Origin: an uncultured Piscirickettsiaceae bacterium
Lineage (GTDB): Bacteria; Pseudomonadota; Gammaproteobacteria; Thiomicrospirales; Thiomicrospiraceae
Assembly (NCBI GenBank): GCA_964405635.1
Contig: CAYOOU010000001.1
Coordinates: forward strand, 1-57,682
Reading direction: 5' to 3'
DNA: 57,682 bases
Part shown: piece by piece, positions 15,170 to 23,897 of the stretch
Numbering within the stretch: position 1 is the stretch's first letter
Layout of the letters: every line of letters begins with the position of its first letter
Notes under the pieces: generated by a model
Database searches by the model: none
What the model was told of the DNA's origin: nothing
The model's input: the letters and a program-made list of their open reading frames with translations, nothing else
Position numbers and translations under genes: made by a program

Positions 15170-17866
15170 ATGATTAAACCTAGTTTATTTGCGGATTTGA
15201 TTATGGGCCGGTTTTTGTTGATTTGGGTGATCTGTCTATTTTTTAGCCATTCAGTTTTTGCCAATATGGCAGACAGTTCCTTACAGTCCTCTTCTACCCA
15301 TTCAGATAAAGTTCCAATTTCTGTATTGTTTAATTGGCATCATCAATTTGAGTATGCGGGGTTTTATGCTGCTCAGATGTTAGGTCTTTACAAAAATGCT
15401 GGATTAGAGGTGGACTTGCATGATTGGAAGGGGGAGGACATTGTAGAGTCTGTTTTATCGGGTCAATTTGATATAGGGGTGGATGGGTCAAGGTTAATAG
15501 AAGATTATTTGCAAGGACGTCCGGTTAAGTTACTATTTTCTGGCGCACAATACTCTCCTTTGGTTTTACTCAGTCATGTTCCAGTAGAGAGTTTAAGTGA
15601 GCTGGAAGATAAACGGATAATGCTAGTTCGAAATTATGAAGTATTAAGTCTTATCTATCTAGCGCAAGTTGAACTTACAGAGCTAAAAAATCGTGCGAAA
15701 CTGGAAGATTTTATTCAGCATAAAACCGACTTGTACTCGGCATATATTACGAATGAGCCTTTTCAGCTAAAAGACCTTGGTGTGCCCTTTTATATTGTGG
15801 ATCCAAAGGACTATGGCGTAGAATCTTTTGGTGATCTAACCTTTACCTGCCAGAGTTTTGCACGTGGGCATCCTGAAGCCTTGATGAAGTTTCGGCAAGC
15901 GACAATAGAAGGTTGGCGGTTTGCATTGAAACACCCTCAACAAGTTGTTGACTATATCATCGCTCATTATAGTGTTTATAAAAGTCGTAAAAATTTATTG
16001 GAGGAAGCGAGGGTTACTAAACGCTATGTACAGCCTTTTTCAGAGGCGCGTATTGGTGAAATTTCTGAGATTAAAGTTCAAAAAATTGCTGAAGATATGG
16101 TAAAAATGGGAATGATTGCGTCAGATGCAATACAGAACCTAGACTTTTCACAACTCATTTTTAATTCTCGCCAATCATTGAAGTTTTCCGAGGCTGAAAG
16201 AAGCTATTTACAACAGCATCCTGTTTTAAAGATAGGTAGTGATATTGATTGGGCTCCTTTTGAATATATTGATAAGGATGGAAACTGTCGTGGAATAGCA
16301 GCAGATTATTTAGCTTTGGTTTCAAAGAAATTAGGCGTGGCATTTGAGCCAAATGTTTCGCAGGGTTGGACAAAAGTTTTGGAAGAAACATTTCAAGGAC
16401 GACTGGATTTTTTAAGTGCTGCCGTGGCTACGCCAGAAAGACAAAAATATTTAAATTTTACCTCACCTTATTTAACTTTTCCGATGGTGTTGGTATCACG
16501 GGAAACACTCGATTATATTCCCCATCTAAAGCAGTTATCGGGAGAAACGATTGCGGTGACTAAAGGCTATGCTTCAGAAGAGTATTTAAAAACCTACTAT
16601 CCGCAATTAAAAGTATTGCCGGTTTCGGATGTTCAGCAGGGGTTGCAAGCAGTTTTAAATGGTGAAGCAATTGGCTATTTAGGGAATTTAGCAGTCATTA
16701 ATTATGCAATTAGAACAAGCCATTTGGATGGTTTAAAGGTGGTGGGAGATATTGGTGAGCAGTTTAAATTGGCGATGGGTGTGCCGAAGGACAACCCAAT
16801 ACTGCTCTCTATTCTTCAGAAAGTACAAAATCAGATTACGGATGCAGAAAAACAAGCGATTCTAAATAAATGGCTGCCGCTCAAAATGGTCAAAGAAGTG
16901 GATAATCGTAAACTATGGCAGTTGTTGGCGATTGCACTCTTGGTGATTATTCCCTTGTTGGCTTTGTTAATCTATGTCTGGCGTCTTAAACAAGAACAGC
17001 AACGTTATATTAAACTGATTAATGAGCTTACCATTGCGACCGTGATGGATATGGACTCACTAACTTTAGTCGATGCTTCAGATAGCTATTGTGAGTTGGT
17101 TGGACTGCCACGATCGGAAATTATTGGACAATCGGTTTTTAGTTATCAGAAGTTTATTGTTCCTAAAGAAGAAGTGGAGGCTATTCTTGAGCGACTGCGT
17201 GCGGGAGAGCCCTGGAAGGGACAGATTGAAGAGGAGTATAGGGATGGTCGACGGTGTTGGATAGAGCTATCTTCTAAGCCTTACGTCAACCGAAAAGGAA
17301 AAGTGGAATGGGTTTATTCTACCCGTCGAGACATAACTGCAGAGAAAAAAGTAGAGCAACTTAGTCGGTGTGATGAGTTAACACAAGTTTATAATCGCCG
17401 AATGTTTAATCAAAAAATGCCTGAAGAACTCAAGCGTGCTTGTCGAGATGGCAAGCAGATGGCTTTTGTGATGATGGACATTGATTTCTTTAAAAAATTG
17501 AATGATACCTATGGCCATCAGCAAGGGGATGAGGCATTGCAGAAGGTTGCTTCGACCATTAAACAGTACTTTTCACGCAGTAATGATTTTGTATTCCGCA
17601 TGGGCGGTGAGGAGTTTGGCGTGATTACCTATGAAGAGGGTAAGGCATTGACTGTTCACTTAGAGCAGTTTCGTCAAGCGGTTCATGCTTTATGCATTCC
17701 TAATCAAAATACAGAACTGGGTGTGTTGACCCTGTCTGTAGGTGCAGTGGTTGTTTCACCACATCCGCAAACCAAAGCAGAAGTGGTCTATCGCCAGGCG
17801 GATGATGCACTTTATCAAGCTAAAAAACAAGGACGGAATCGAGTAGTCATTCACCAAAGCGCATAA
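15170..17866 (+). CDS. Sensor diguanylate cyclase: signal/TM, NMT1/SsuA-like SBP domain, SBP_bac_3 domain, TM, PAS, GGDEF
   Basis: 898-aa ORF. N-terminal hydrophobic segment, LKIGSDIDWAPFEYIDKDGNCRGIAADY (family-3 solute-binding motif), TM LWQLLAIALLVIIPLLALLIYVW, PAS-like segment, DIDFFKKLNDTYGHQQGD and RMGGEEFGVI. Confidence 0.88.
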   Translation: MIKPSLFADLIMGRFLLIWVICLFFSHSVFANMADSSLQSSSTHSDKVPISVLFNWHHQFEYAGFYAAQMLGLYKNAGLEVDLHDWKGEDIVESVLSGQFDIGVDGSRLIEDYLQGRPVKLLFSGAQYSPLVLLSHVPVESLSELEDKRIMLVRNYEVLSLIYLAQVELTELKNRAKLEDFIQHKTDLYSAYITNEPFQLKDLGVPFYIVDPKDYGVESFGDLTFTCQSFARGHPEALMKFRQATIEGWRFALKHPQQVVDYIIAHYSVYKSRKNLLEEARVTKRYVQPFSEARIGEISEIKVQKIAEDMVKMGMIASDAIQNLDFSQLIFNSRQSLKFSEAERSYLQQHPVLKIGSDIDWAPFEYIDKDGNCRGIAADYLALVSKKLGVAFEPNVSQGWTKVLEETFQGRLDFLSAAVATPERQKYLNFTSPYLTFPMVLVSRETLDYIPHLKQLSGETIAVTKGYASEEYLKTYYPQLKVLPVSDVQQGLQAVLNGEAIGYLGNLAVINYAIRTSHLDGLKVVGDIGEQFKLAMGVPKDNPILLSILQKVQNQITDAEKQAILNKWLPLKMVKEVDNRKLWQLLAIALLVIIPLLALLIYVWRLKQEQQRYIKLINELTIATVMDMDSLTLVDASDSYCELVGLPRSEIIGQSVFSYQKFIVPKEEVEAILERLRAGEPWKGQIEEEYRDGRRCWIELSSKPYVNRKGKVEWVYSTRRDITAEKKVEQLSRCDELTQVYNRRMFNQKMPEELKRACRDGKQMAFVMMDIDFFKKLNDTYGHQQGDEALQKVASTIKQYFSRSNDFVFRMGGEEFGVITYEEGKALTVHLEQFRQAVHALCIPNQNTELGVLTLSVGAVVVSPHPQTKAEVVYRQADDALYQAKKQGRNRVVIHQSA

Positions 17867-17891
17867 AAAACCCAGCAGATGCTGGGTTTTT
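17866..17891. terminator. Bidirectional intrinsic terminator shared by the cyclase gene and rpmG
   Basis: AAAAAA-CCCAGC-AGAT-GCTGGG-TTTTT between convergent genes. Confidence 0.8.
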
Positions 17892-17916
17892 CAATGGTCG
17901 CATTGAGAGACAATGC

Positions 17917-18069
17917 TTATTTGATTTTGGCTTCTTTAAAAAGTACGTGCTTGCGAAGAACAGGGTCGTACTTTTTAATTTCAAACTTACCGGCCATGTT
18001 TTTCTTATTTTTGGTTGTGGTATAAAAATAAGGGCTTTCGGTAGATTGTAGTTTAATCTTATCGCGCAT
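17917..18069 (-). CDS. rpmG: 50S ribosomal protein L33
   Basis: Own translation (50 aa, below the track cutoff): [54 protein letters not shown] lies upstream. Confidence 0.93.
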   Translation of the reverse strand: MRDKIKLQSTESPYFYTTTKNKKNMAGKFEIKKYDPVLRKHVLFKEAKIK

Positions 18070-18080
18070 CAGTTGTCTCC

Positions 18081-18317
18081 TTAGACTTTCTCACCCCGTG
18101 CACGCAAATCAGCAAGCACAGACTCAATGCCGTTTTTGTCAATGATACGCATGCCAGCAGTTGAGATGCGTAGTTTGACAAAACGGTTTTCGCTCTCAAC
18201 CCAGAAACGGTGTGTTTGTAGGTTTGGCAGAAAGCGACGACGAGTTTTACGATGAGAGTGAGAAACATTGTTACCGACAGCAGGTCTTTTTCCTGTGATT
18301 TGGCAAACTTTAGCCAT
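18081..18317 (-). CDS. rpmB: 50S ribosomal protein L28
   Basis: [34 protein letters not shown]... Confidence 0.96.
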   Translation of the reverse strand: MAKVCQITGKRPAVGNNVSHSHRKTRRRFLPNLQTHRFWVESENRFVKLRISTAGMRIIDKNGIESVLADLRARGEKV

Positions 18318-18634
18318 TGTTAATTCCTCTCAAAATTAAAAATCCAGTGTAACAATTCAGCTCACCCCTGAAACCTGCCATTTCTGCGTTGGACAATGGT
18401 CATTTATTATTTATAAACTCACATTTTCCGTCTTGAACTGACAGATTTCAGGGGCAATCTGAATCGCTACAAATCTGTATGGATTTTGTGAAATGGTCGA
18501 ATCCCTTCGATCATTTCAGCGGATTAAAAATATTCGAATATTTCTAACTCTATGATTTTTCACCGTTTGGCAGGCTTTTCAGCTGCAGTCGTGATGAAAA
18601 TCAACAGAATGAAGAAGCGGAATTATCCACAGTT

Positions 18635-19417
18635 TTAGCTCCGAATGCAAGCTTGGCGTTGAAATATTTGCCAAACCAGCCAAAAAAGTAGCAGAGTGGT
18701 GAACAGCATGAGCAGTGCAATTTGCCCAAAGAGCTTGGGAGCAGCCATCATTGTACTCATCAAAGAGTCTTGGTAGTAGAAGAACCATGGGTGTCCCGCT
18801 GGAAAGACCCAATGGTGCAGTTGGTAGAACACCTCTGTGGGGCCGATAATGAGAAGCGCAAGTATCGCTATGCCCAGCCCTCCGAGCAGCATCCAGAGTG
18901 CTTGTTGCTTTGAGGGAAAGCACAGCTTTCGCAGCAGTACCCAGAGGGTGAGCCCAATCCAGATAAGAGCCAGGGCTCTTCCAGCGGCATTGAGTTGTTG
19001 AATGAGATAGCTCACATCAACTAGGTGAAGCACTTCTGGCTCTCTAAGCAGAGAAAATTGTTGTCCATCGGCGGTGGTGTAGTGTAGAGATTTCAGTTGC
19101 TTGAGCGCCTGTTCAGGCGGAAGCTGAATGGCCTGTGCAATTTGGTGAAAGAGTGCTTGGCGTTGGGCGTCATCAGTGGTTTCAAAATCATGGCGGTAAC
19201 GGTTTTGAGGGGCATAAGTTTCAATATTGGATTGAATACCGCCGTATTGATACCAAAAGGGGTAACCAAAATCTATCTTGGTCAGAAGGTGCCAGCTGAG
19301 CCAGAGCGCAACAAAAAAGGTGAGCCATATCCAGATAAAGGCAAATAGGGGGTGTGCAGAGGGTTTGTTTTGCTGAAAAATTGGCTTTTTTCTAGGCAGG
19401 ACTGGGGATTCTGACAT
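18635..19417 (-). CDS. Integral membrane protein, DUF1461-like
   Basis: 260-aa ORF with several TM segments. HHWVFPAGHPWFFYYQDSLMSTM resembles the DUF1461/TIGR01906 C-terminal motif. Confidence 0.5.
   Translation of the reverse strand: MSESPVLPRKKPIFQQNKPSAHPLFAFIWIWLTFFVALWLSWHLLTKIDFGYPFWYQYGGIQSNIETYAPQNRYRHDFETTDDAQRQALFHQIAQAIQLPPEQALKQLKSLHYTTADGQQFSLLREPEVLHLVDVSYLIQQLNAAGRALALIWIGLTLWVLLRKLCFPSKQQALWMLLGGLGIAILALLIIGPTEVFYQLHHWVFPAGHPWFFYYQDSLMSTMMAAPKLFGQIALLMLFTTLLLFWLVWQIFQRQACIRS
19395..19412 (+). repeat. Dispersed 18-nt motif, copy B (17/18), codons 3-8 of the DUF1461-like gene
   Basis: GGCAGGACTGGGGATTCT. The coding strand reads ESPVLP. Confidence 0.75.
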
Positions 19418-19436
19418 TTTTGAGCCTTGTTTGTTT

Positions 19437-20117
19437 TTACATTTGGTTGTGTTGTTTAAGTGAGTGCCAACGCCCAGAGTCTCCTAAAATAATGTGATCA
19501 AGTAGGGTCATTTCCATTAGTTCAAGTGCAGATTGGAGTTGTTGGGTGAGTTTGATGTCGGCTTGGCTGGGCGCAGGATCTCCGCTGGGGTGGTTGTGGG
19601 CGACAATGACCGCTGCGGCATTATGAAGAAGTGCCTGCTTGACGACTTCTCGGGGGTGAACACTGGCCTGGTTTAGGGTGCCCTCAAAAAGAATATCAAA
19701 ACGAATGAGTTGATGTTTTTGATTGAGCAGTAAAACGCCAAACCGTTCTCGGGCGTTGTGATTGGGAAAACTATGGTGAAGAAACTGTGCCACCGTTTCC
19801 GGCGTATGGAAGGCTTCGCCTTTTTTAAGGCCAGATTCAAAGTGGCGGCGTGCCATCTCTAGCACCGCTTTGAGTTGCACAAATTTGGCTTGCCCTAACC
19901 CTTTGGCTTGACAGAATTCAGACTCGCTTGCAGCCAGAAGAGCGTGAAGTGAACCAAAGTGATTTAGTAGGTCTTGTGCGAGGTCAACGGCGCTCTTACC
20001 TTTGGTGCCCACCCGCAGGAAAATGGCGAGCAGCTCTGCATCGCTGAGGTGATCAGCGCCAAATTTTAGCAGTTTCTCTCGGGGGCGATCGTTTTCATGC
20101 CAGTCTGTAATGGCCAC
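19437..20117 (-). CDS. radC: RadC/YicR family (UPF0758, JAB/MPN domain) protein
   Basis: [38 protein letters not shown] and [14 protein letters not shown] motifs. Confidence 0.92.
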   Translation of the reverse strand: MAITDWHENDRPREKLLKFGADHLSDAELLAIFLRVGTKGKSAVDLAQDLLNHFGSLHALLAASESEFCQAKGLGQAKFVQLKAVLEMARRHFESGLKKGEAFHTPETVAQFLHHSFPNHNARERFGVLLLNQKHQLIRFDILFEGTLNQASVHPREVVKQALLHNAAAVIVAHNHPSGDPAPSQADIKLTQQLQSALELMEMTLLDHIILGDSGRWHSLKQHNQM

Positions 20118-20187
20118 TGTGCAAAGATCTCATTGAATTTGTTAAGATAGCGACCATCTTAGCCAAAATTTGGAGTGGATACAATAT

Positions 20188-20574
20188 ATGTTTAAAGTGG
20201 TGATGCAGGTGCGGGATTATGAGTGTGATCTGCAGGGGGTGGTGAACAATGCGGTGTATCAAAATTATCTAGAGCATGCACGCCACCAGTTTTTACGCGC
20301 CAATGGTATTGACTTTGCCGCCTTGGCTGCACAAGGGGTGAATTTGATGCTGGCCTCCATTGCATTGCAGTTTAAAGCCCCTTTGCGCCCAGACGACCTG
20401 TTTGAGGTGACGGTGCAGTTAAAGAAAACAGGGCGACTCAAATATCTGTTTGAGCAGCAGGTCATTAAAGAAGATGGTCAGGTTATGGTGCAGGCCCAGG
20501 CGGTGGGCGTTGCTGTGTCTGAAACAGGGCGCCCTATGGTGTTTCAACCTTTGGAGGCTTTGGTAGAAGGATGA
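20188..20574 (+). CDS. Acyl-CoA thioesterase, 4HBT/YbgC-like hotdog fold
   Basis: MFKVVMQVRDYECDLQGVVNNAVYQNYLEHARHQFL is the typical 4HBT N-terminus. The stop TGA overlaps the coaBC ATG (ATGA). Confidence 0.8.
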   Translation: MFKVVMQVRDYECDLQGVVNNAVYQNYLEHARHQFLRANGIDFAALAAQGVNLMLASIALQFKAPLRPDDLFEVTVQLKKTGRLKYLFEQQVIKEDGQVMVQAQAVGVAVSETGRPMVFQPLEALVEG

Positions 20575-21779
20575 AAATTTTATTAGGGGTTTCTGGTGGG
20601 ATTGCTGCTTATAAGAGCTTGCAGCTGGTGCGGCTGTGGGTGAAAGCAGGGCATGAAGTGCAGGTGGTGATGACTGAGGGAGCCAAGGCTTTTATTCAAC
20701 CCTTGTCCTTTCAAGCATTGGCGGGTCGCCCAGTGCGAGATGCACTGTTTGATGAAACGCAAGAAGCGGGCATGAGTCATATTGAGTTGGCGCGTTGGGC
20801 AGAGGTGATGGTGATTGCGCCTGCCACCGCTCATACCATAGCAAAGTTAAAGGTAGGGTTGGCAGATGACCTGCTCTCTACCTTAGTGCTGGCTTCCGAT
20901 CGTCCGCTCTTTATTGCGCCAGCGATGAATCGCTTAATGTGGCAACATCCAGCTACTCAGGAAAATATCAATAGCTTAAAGCAGCGAGGTGTGCATATTA
21001 TTCCGCCTGCATCGGGCGAACAGGCTTGTGGAGAAGTAGGCGAGGGACGCATGGCAGAGCCGCAGGAGATAGTAGAACAGGTGGCGATGCGGGCGTTACA
21101 GACAGAGTCGATCAGCATTTCCAAAGATCCTTTTTGGCATCAGTTACCCGTGTTGGTGACAGCAGGCCCCACCTATGAGCCGATTGATCCGGTGCGCTTT
21201 ATAGGCAATCGTAGCTCGGGCAAGATGGGTTATGCTATTGCTCAGGCACTCGCCGATAGGGGAGCCGATGTAGTTTTGGTTTCAGGGCCAACAGGGCTGG
21301 AAACGCCACCAGGTGTAAAGCGAATCAATATCAAAACGGCAGAAGAGATGTTTGCCGTGGTGCAAGATTTTTATGCGGATGCTGAGGTGTTTATCAGTGC
21401 AGCAGCCGTAGCAGATTATCGTGTAGCAGAGCCGGCAGAGCAGAAATTAAAAAAACAGCCTAATCAGGAGGAGATAACCTTAAGGTTGGTGAAAAATCCT
21501 GATATTGTCGCTTGGGTAGCACAGCAGCCAGACAAACCCTTTACCATTGGCTTTGCAGCAGAGACAGAGAATGTGTTGGAGTATGCCCAGAAAAAGTTGC
21601 AGCAGAAAAAGCTGGATATGATCTGTGCCAATCAAGTAGGAGAAAACCAAGGGTTTGAGCAGGATGAGAATGCTTTGTGGGTTTTAACGCCAGAAAAACA
21701 GGTGGAAATAAAAAAAGCTGATAAATGGGTGGTGGCACAACAATTGGTGGGTGTTATTCAGCAAAGTGTAGAGCAGTAA
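20571..21779 (+). CDS. coaBC: Bifunctional phosphopantothenoylcysteine decarboxylase / phosphopantothenate-cysteine ligase
   Basis: 402-aa ORF. KILLGVSGGIAAYKS flavoprotein N-terminus, PAMN, and ITAGPT.EPIDPVRFI.NRSSGKMG ligase motif. Confidence 0.95.
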   Translation: MKILLGVSGGIAAYKSLQLVRLWVKAGHEVQVVMTEGAKAFIQPLSFQALAGRPVRDALFDETQEAGMSHIELARWAEVMVIAPATAHTIAKLKVGLADDLLSTLVLASDRPLFIAPAMNRLMWQHPATQENINSLKQRGVHIIPPASGEQACGEVGEGRMAEPQEIVEQVAMRALQTESISISKDPFWHQLPVLVTAGPTYEPIDPVRFIGNRSSGKMGYAIAQALADRGADVVLVSGPTGLETPPGVKRINIKTAEEMFAVVQDFYADAEVFISAAAVADYRVAEPAEQKLKKQPNQEEITLRLVKNPDIVAWVAQQPDKPFTIGFAAETENVLEYAQKKLQQKKLDMICANQVGENQGFEQDENALWVLTPEKQVEIKKADKWVVAQQLVGVIQQSVEQ

Positions 21780-21793
21780 CGCCCTAGGTCAAT

Positions 21794-22030
21794 AAGGAAG
21801 TGCTGATTAATTAAATTCTATAGGGGCAGCGGCACGACACTGTGCTTTGAATGCTCCAGTCTGTGAATCCGTAAGGCTCATAGTCGGGCAAGCCAAAACT
21901 CGCTTCGCTCAGACAGTTGGCTTGCTTTTCCGCCTATTTCGCCAACGGCTTCTACAGCCTTCCGCAAGCAAAGCACTGCATCGCACCGCTACCCTTTTCT
22001 AGTCAAAAGCGATTGAATCAGCACTTCCCT
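21794..22030. mobile_element. MITE-like element family A, divergent long copy (237 bp)
   Basis: Termini AAGGAAGTGCTGATTAA (21794-) and TTGAATCAGCACTTCCCT (-22030) match family A. The interior is a different imperfect palindrome (GGGGCAGCGGCACGACACTGTGCTTTG versus CAAAGCACTGCATCGCACCGCTACCC). Confidence 0.65.
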
Positions 22031-22049
22031 AAAGCAGGAGACTTATTAT

Positions 22050-22067
22050 GTCAGGGCTGGGGATTTT
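22050..22067 (+). repeat. Dispersed 18-nt motif, copy E (16/18), intergenic just beyond the bioA stop
   Basis: GTCAGGGCTGGGGATTTT followed by AGGTTTAAGGTTTTTTT. Confidence 0.6.
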
Positions 22068-22071
22068 AGGT

Positions 22072-23400
22072 TTAAGGTTTTTTTGATAAAACCTCTGTAA
22101 TGGCCGCTGTCATGCCGTCTGTTAGGATTTGTAAATTTTCTTCGGAGATATTGAAGGCAGGCATGGTATAAATTAGCTTACCAAAGGGTCGAAGCCACAC
22201 CTGATGCTTTAAAGCGGCTGCTTGAATGGCAGGTCCTAAGTCGTCTCGCGCGAGTTCCACAACGCCTATGGCCCCTAAACAACGAACATCTTGCACGCCT
22301 TCGAGCGTTTTGAGGGGGGTGAGCTGTTGTTGGAGCTTTTGTTCTAGTTGCTCAACACTTTGTTGCCATGGGCTGTTTAAGAGCAGCTCGATACTGGCAT
22401 TAGCTGCACTGCAGGCTAAGGGGTTGGCCATAAAGGTCGGGCCGTGCATGAGCAGGCCTGGGTCGCCTTGGCTAATGGTGTCACTAATCTCTTGTGTACA
22501 GAGCATGGCAGCCAAGGTTAAGGTGCCACCAGTTAAGGCTTTACCTACACACATAATGTCAGGAGAGATCTCTGCCCATTCACTGGCAAAGAGTTTGCCG
22601 GTGCGACCAAAGCCAGTGGCAATTTCATCGACAATCATTAGGAGGTTATATTGGTCGCACAATTGACGAGCCGCTTTTAAATATTCAGGGCGGTAGAACC
22701 GCATGCCACCGGCACCCTGTACTATGGGTTCTAAAACAATAGCAGCCAACTCATGATGGTGTTGCTCAACCAGGGCGGTGAGAGCTGAAATATCGGTGTC
22801 TTCAGTGCTATCAGCCAGTTGAAAGCCAGGTAGAGGTGCGGGGGCAAAGAGGTGTTGAGTGAGAAGAGGTGTAAAGAGGTGGTGCATGCCATTTTCTGGA
22901 TCACTAATTGCCATGGTCGCAAAGGTATCGCCGTGATAACCATTGCGAAGCGTGAGCAGGCGATGTTTTTGGGGCTGGTTTCGGCTGATCCAGTATTGTA
23001 GTGCAACTTTTATTGCGACTTCGATTGAGACCGAACCAGAGTCAGCAAAAAACACCTTATCCAGTCCTTTGGGTGTTAACTCAATAAGCTTTTGTGCAAG
23101 TTTAATGGCAGGTTGATGCGTGAGTCCACCAAACATAATATGAGGCATGGTCTGCAACTGTTGCTGCACTTGCTCTATGATAAAAGGGTGGTTGTAGCCA
23201 TGAATCGCCGCCCACCAACTGGACATGCCATCAACGACCGTTTGACCATCTGCAAGGGTGATTAAGCTACCTTGGGTAGATTGTACGCCCACCAGCGCAT
23301 GAGGTGATGGGAGTTTTGCATAAGGGTGCCAAATGTGTTGCTGGTCAAAGGCTAATGCTGATTGCCAGTCAAGAGTTGAGGGAGAAATATTCAGATTCAT
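22072..23400 (-). CDS. bioA: Adenosylmethionine-8-amino-7-oxononanoate aminotransferase
   Basis: 442-aa ORF. Class-III aminotransferase with DEIATGFGRTGKLFA and the PLP lysine context CVGKALTGG. Confidence 0.93.
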   Translation of the reverse strand: MNLNISPSTLDWQSALAFDQQHIWHPYAKLPSPHALVGVQSTQGSLITLADGQTVVDGMSSWWAAIHGYNHPFIIEQVQQQLQTMPHIMFGGLTHQPAIKLAQKLIELTPKGLDKVFFADSGSVSIEVAIKVALQYWISRNQPQKHRLLTLRNGYHGDTFATMAISDPENGMHHLFTPLLTQHLFAPAPLPGFQLADSTEDTDISALTALVEQHHHELAAIVLEPIVQGAGGMRFYRPEYLKAARQLCDQYNLLMIVDEIATGFGRTGKLFASEWAEISPDIMCVGKALTGGTLTLAAMLCTQEISDTISQGDPGLLMHGPTFMANPLACSAANASIELLLNSPWQQSVEQLEQKLQQQLTPLKTLEGVQDVRCLGAIGVVELARDDLGPAIQAAALKHQVWLRPFGKLIYTMPAFNISEENLQILTDGMTAAITEVLSKKP

Positions 23401-23508
23401 AATGCTATTTTAACAGAGTGCTTTGCATGCGTGAATTTATACGCCACAATCACAGCACTTCTCTTAGGAGTGGTTTGCGAAAAATATCAAAAAAGTGCTA
23501 AGATTTTG

Positions 23509-23536
23509 TTGACACCTTTAAATTAAACTGTACAAT
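23509..23536 (+). promoter_or_regulatory. Candidate sigma-70 promoter of the tRNA-tuf operon
   Basis: TTGACA (23509-23514), 16-nt spacer, TACAAT (23531-23536). An A-rich UP-like stretch AAAAATATCAAAAAAG lies upstream. Confidence 0.55.
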
Positions 23537-23552
23537 ACGCACTCACAATTTA

Positions 23553-23637
23553 GGAGGGTTTCCCGAGCGGCCAAAGGGGGCAGACTGTAAATCTGCTGGC
23601 TATGCCTTCGGTGGTTCGAATCCACCACCCTCCACCA
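23553..23637 (+). tRNA. tRNA-Tyr (anticodon GTA)
   Basis: GGAGGGTTTCCCGAGCGGCCAAAGGGGGCAGACTGTAAATCTGC...GGTTCGAATCCACCACCCTCCACCA, with long variable arm and encoded CCA. Confidence 0.95.
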
Positions 23638-23638
23638 T

Positions 23639-23713
23639 GCGGGTATCGTATATTGGCTATTACCTCGGCCTTCCAAGCCGATGAGAGGGGTTCGATTCCC
23701 CTTACCCGCTCCA
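23639..23713 (+). tRNA. tRNA-Gly (anticodon TCC)
   Basis: GCGGGTATCGTATATTGGCTATTACCTCGGCCTTCCAAGCCGATGAGAGGGGTTCGATTCCCCTTACCCGCTCCA. Confidence 0.95.
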
Positions 23714-23766
23714 GTTTTTAAGTCCTCTCTAATCAGCGTTGATGATAGAGGGGGCTTTTTGTATCT

Positions 23767-23842
23767 GCTTCCATAGCTCAGTCGGTAGAGCGCATCCATG
23801 GTAAGGATGAGGTCATCGGTTCGATTCCGATTGGAAGCTCCA
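23767..23842 (+). tRNA. tRNA-Thr (anticodon GGT)
   Basis: GCTTCCATAGCTCAGTCGGTAGAGCGCATCCATGGTAAGGATGAGGTCATCGGTTCGATTCCGATTGGAAGCTCCA. Confidence 0.95.
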
Positions 23843-23897
23843 TTTTTATTTATTGTCGCTGTTTTGACAGCGAACACACTTTACAGGAGTTTGCGTC

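Noticed and set aside
18579-18923. 114-aa minus ORF and 63-aa plus ORF overlapping the DUF1461-like gene
   Set aside because: They are off-frame relative to the longer ORF, which has convincing TM segments.
23518-23877. 119-aa minus-strand ORF
   Set aside because: It lies entirely across three tRNA genes and their promoter. It is an artefact of the stop-poor tRNA sequence.
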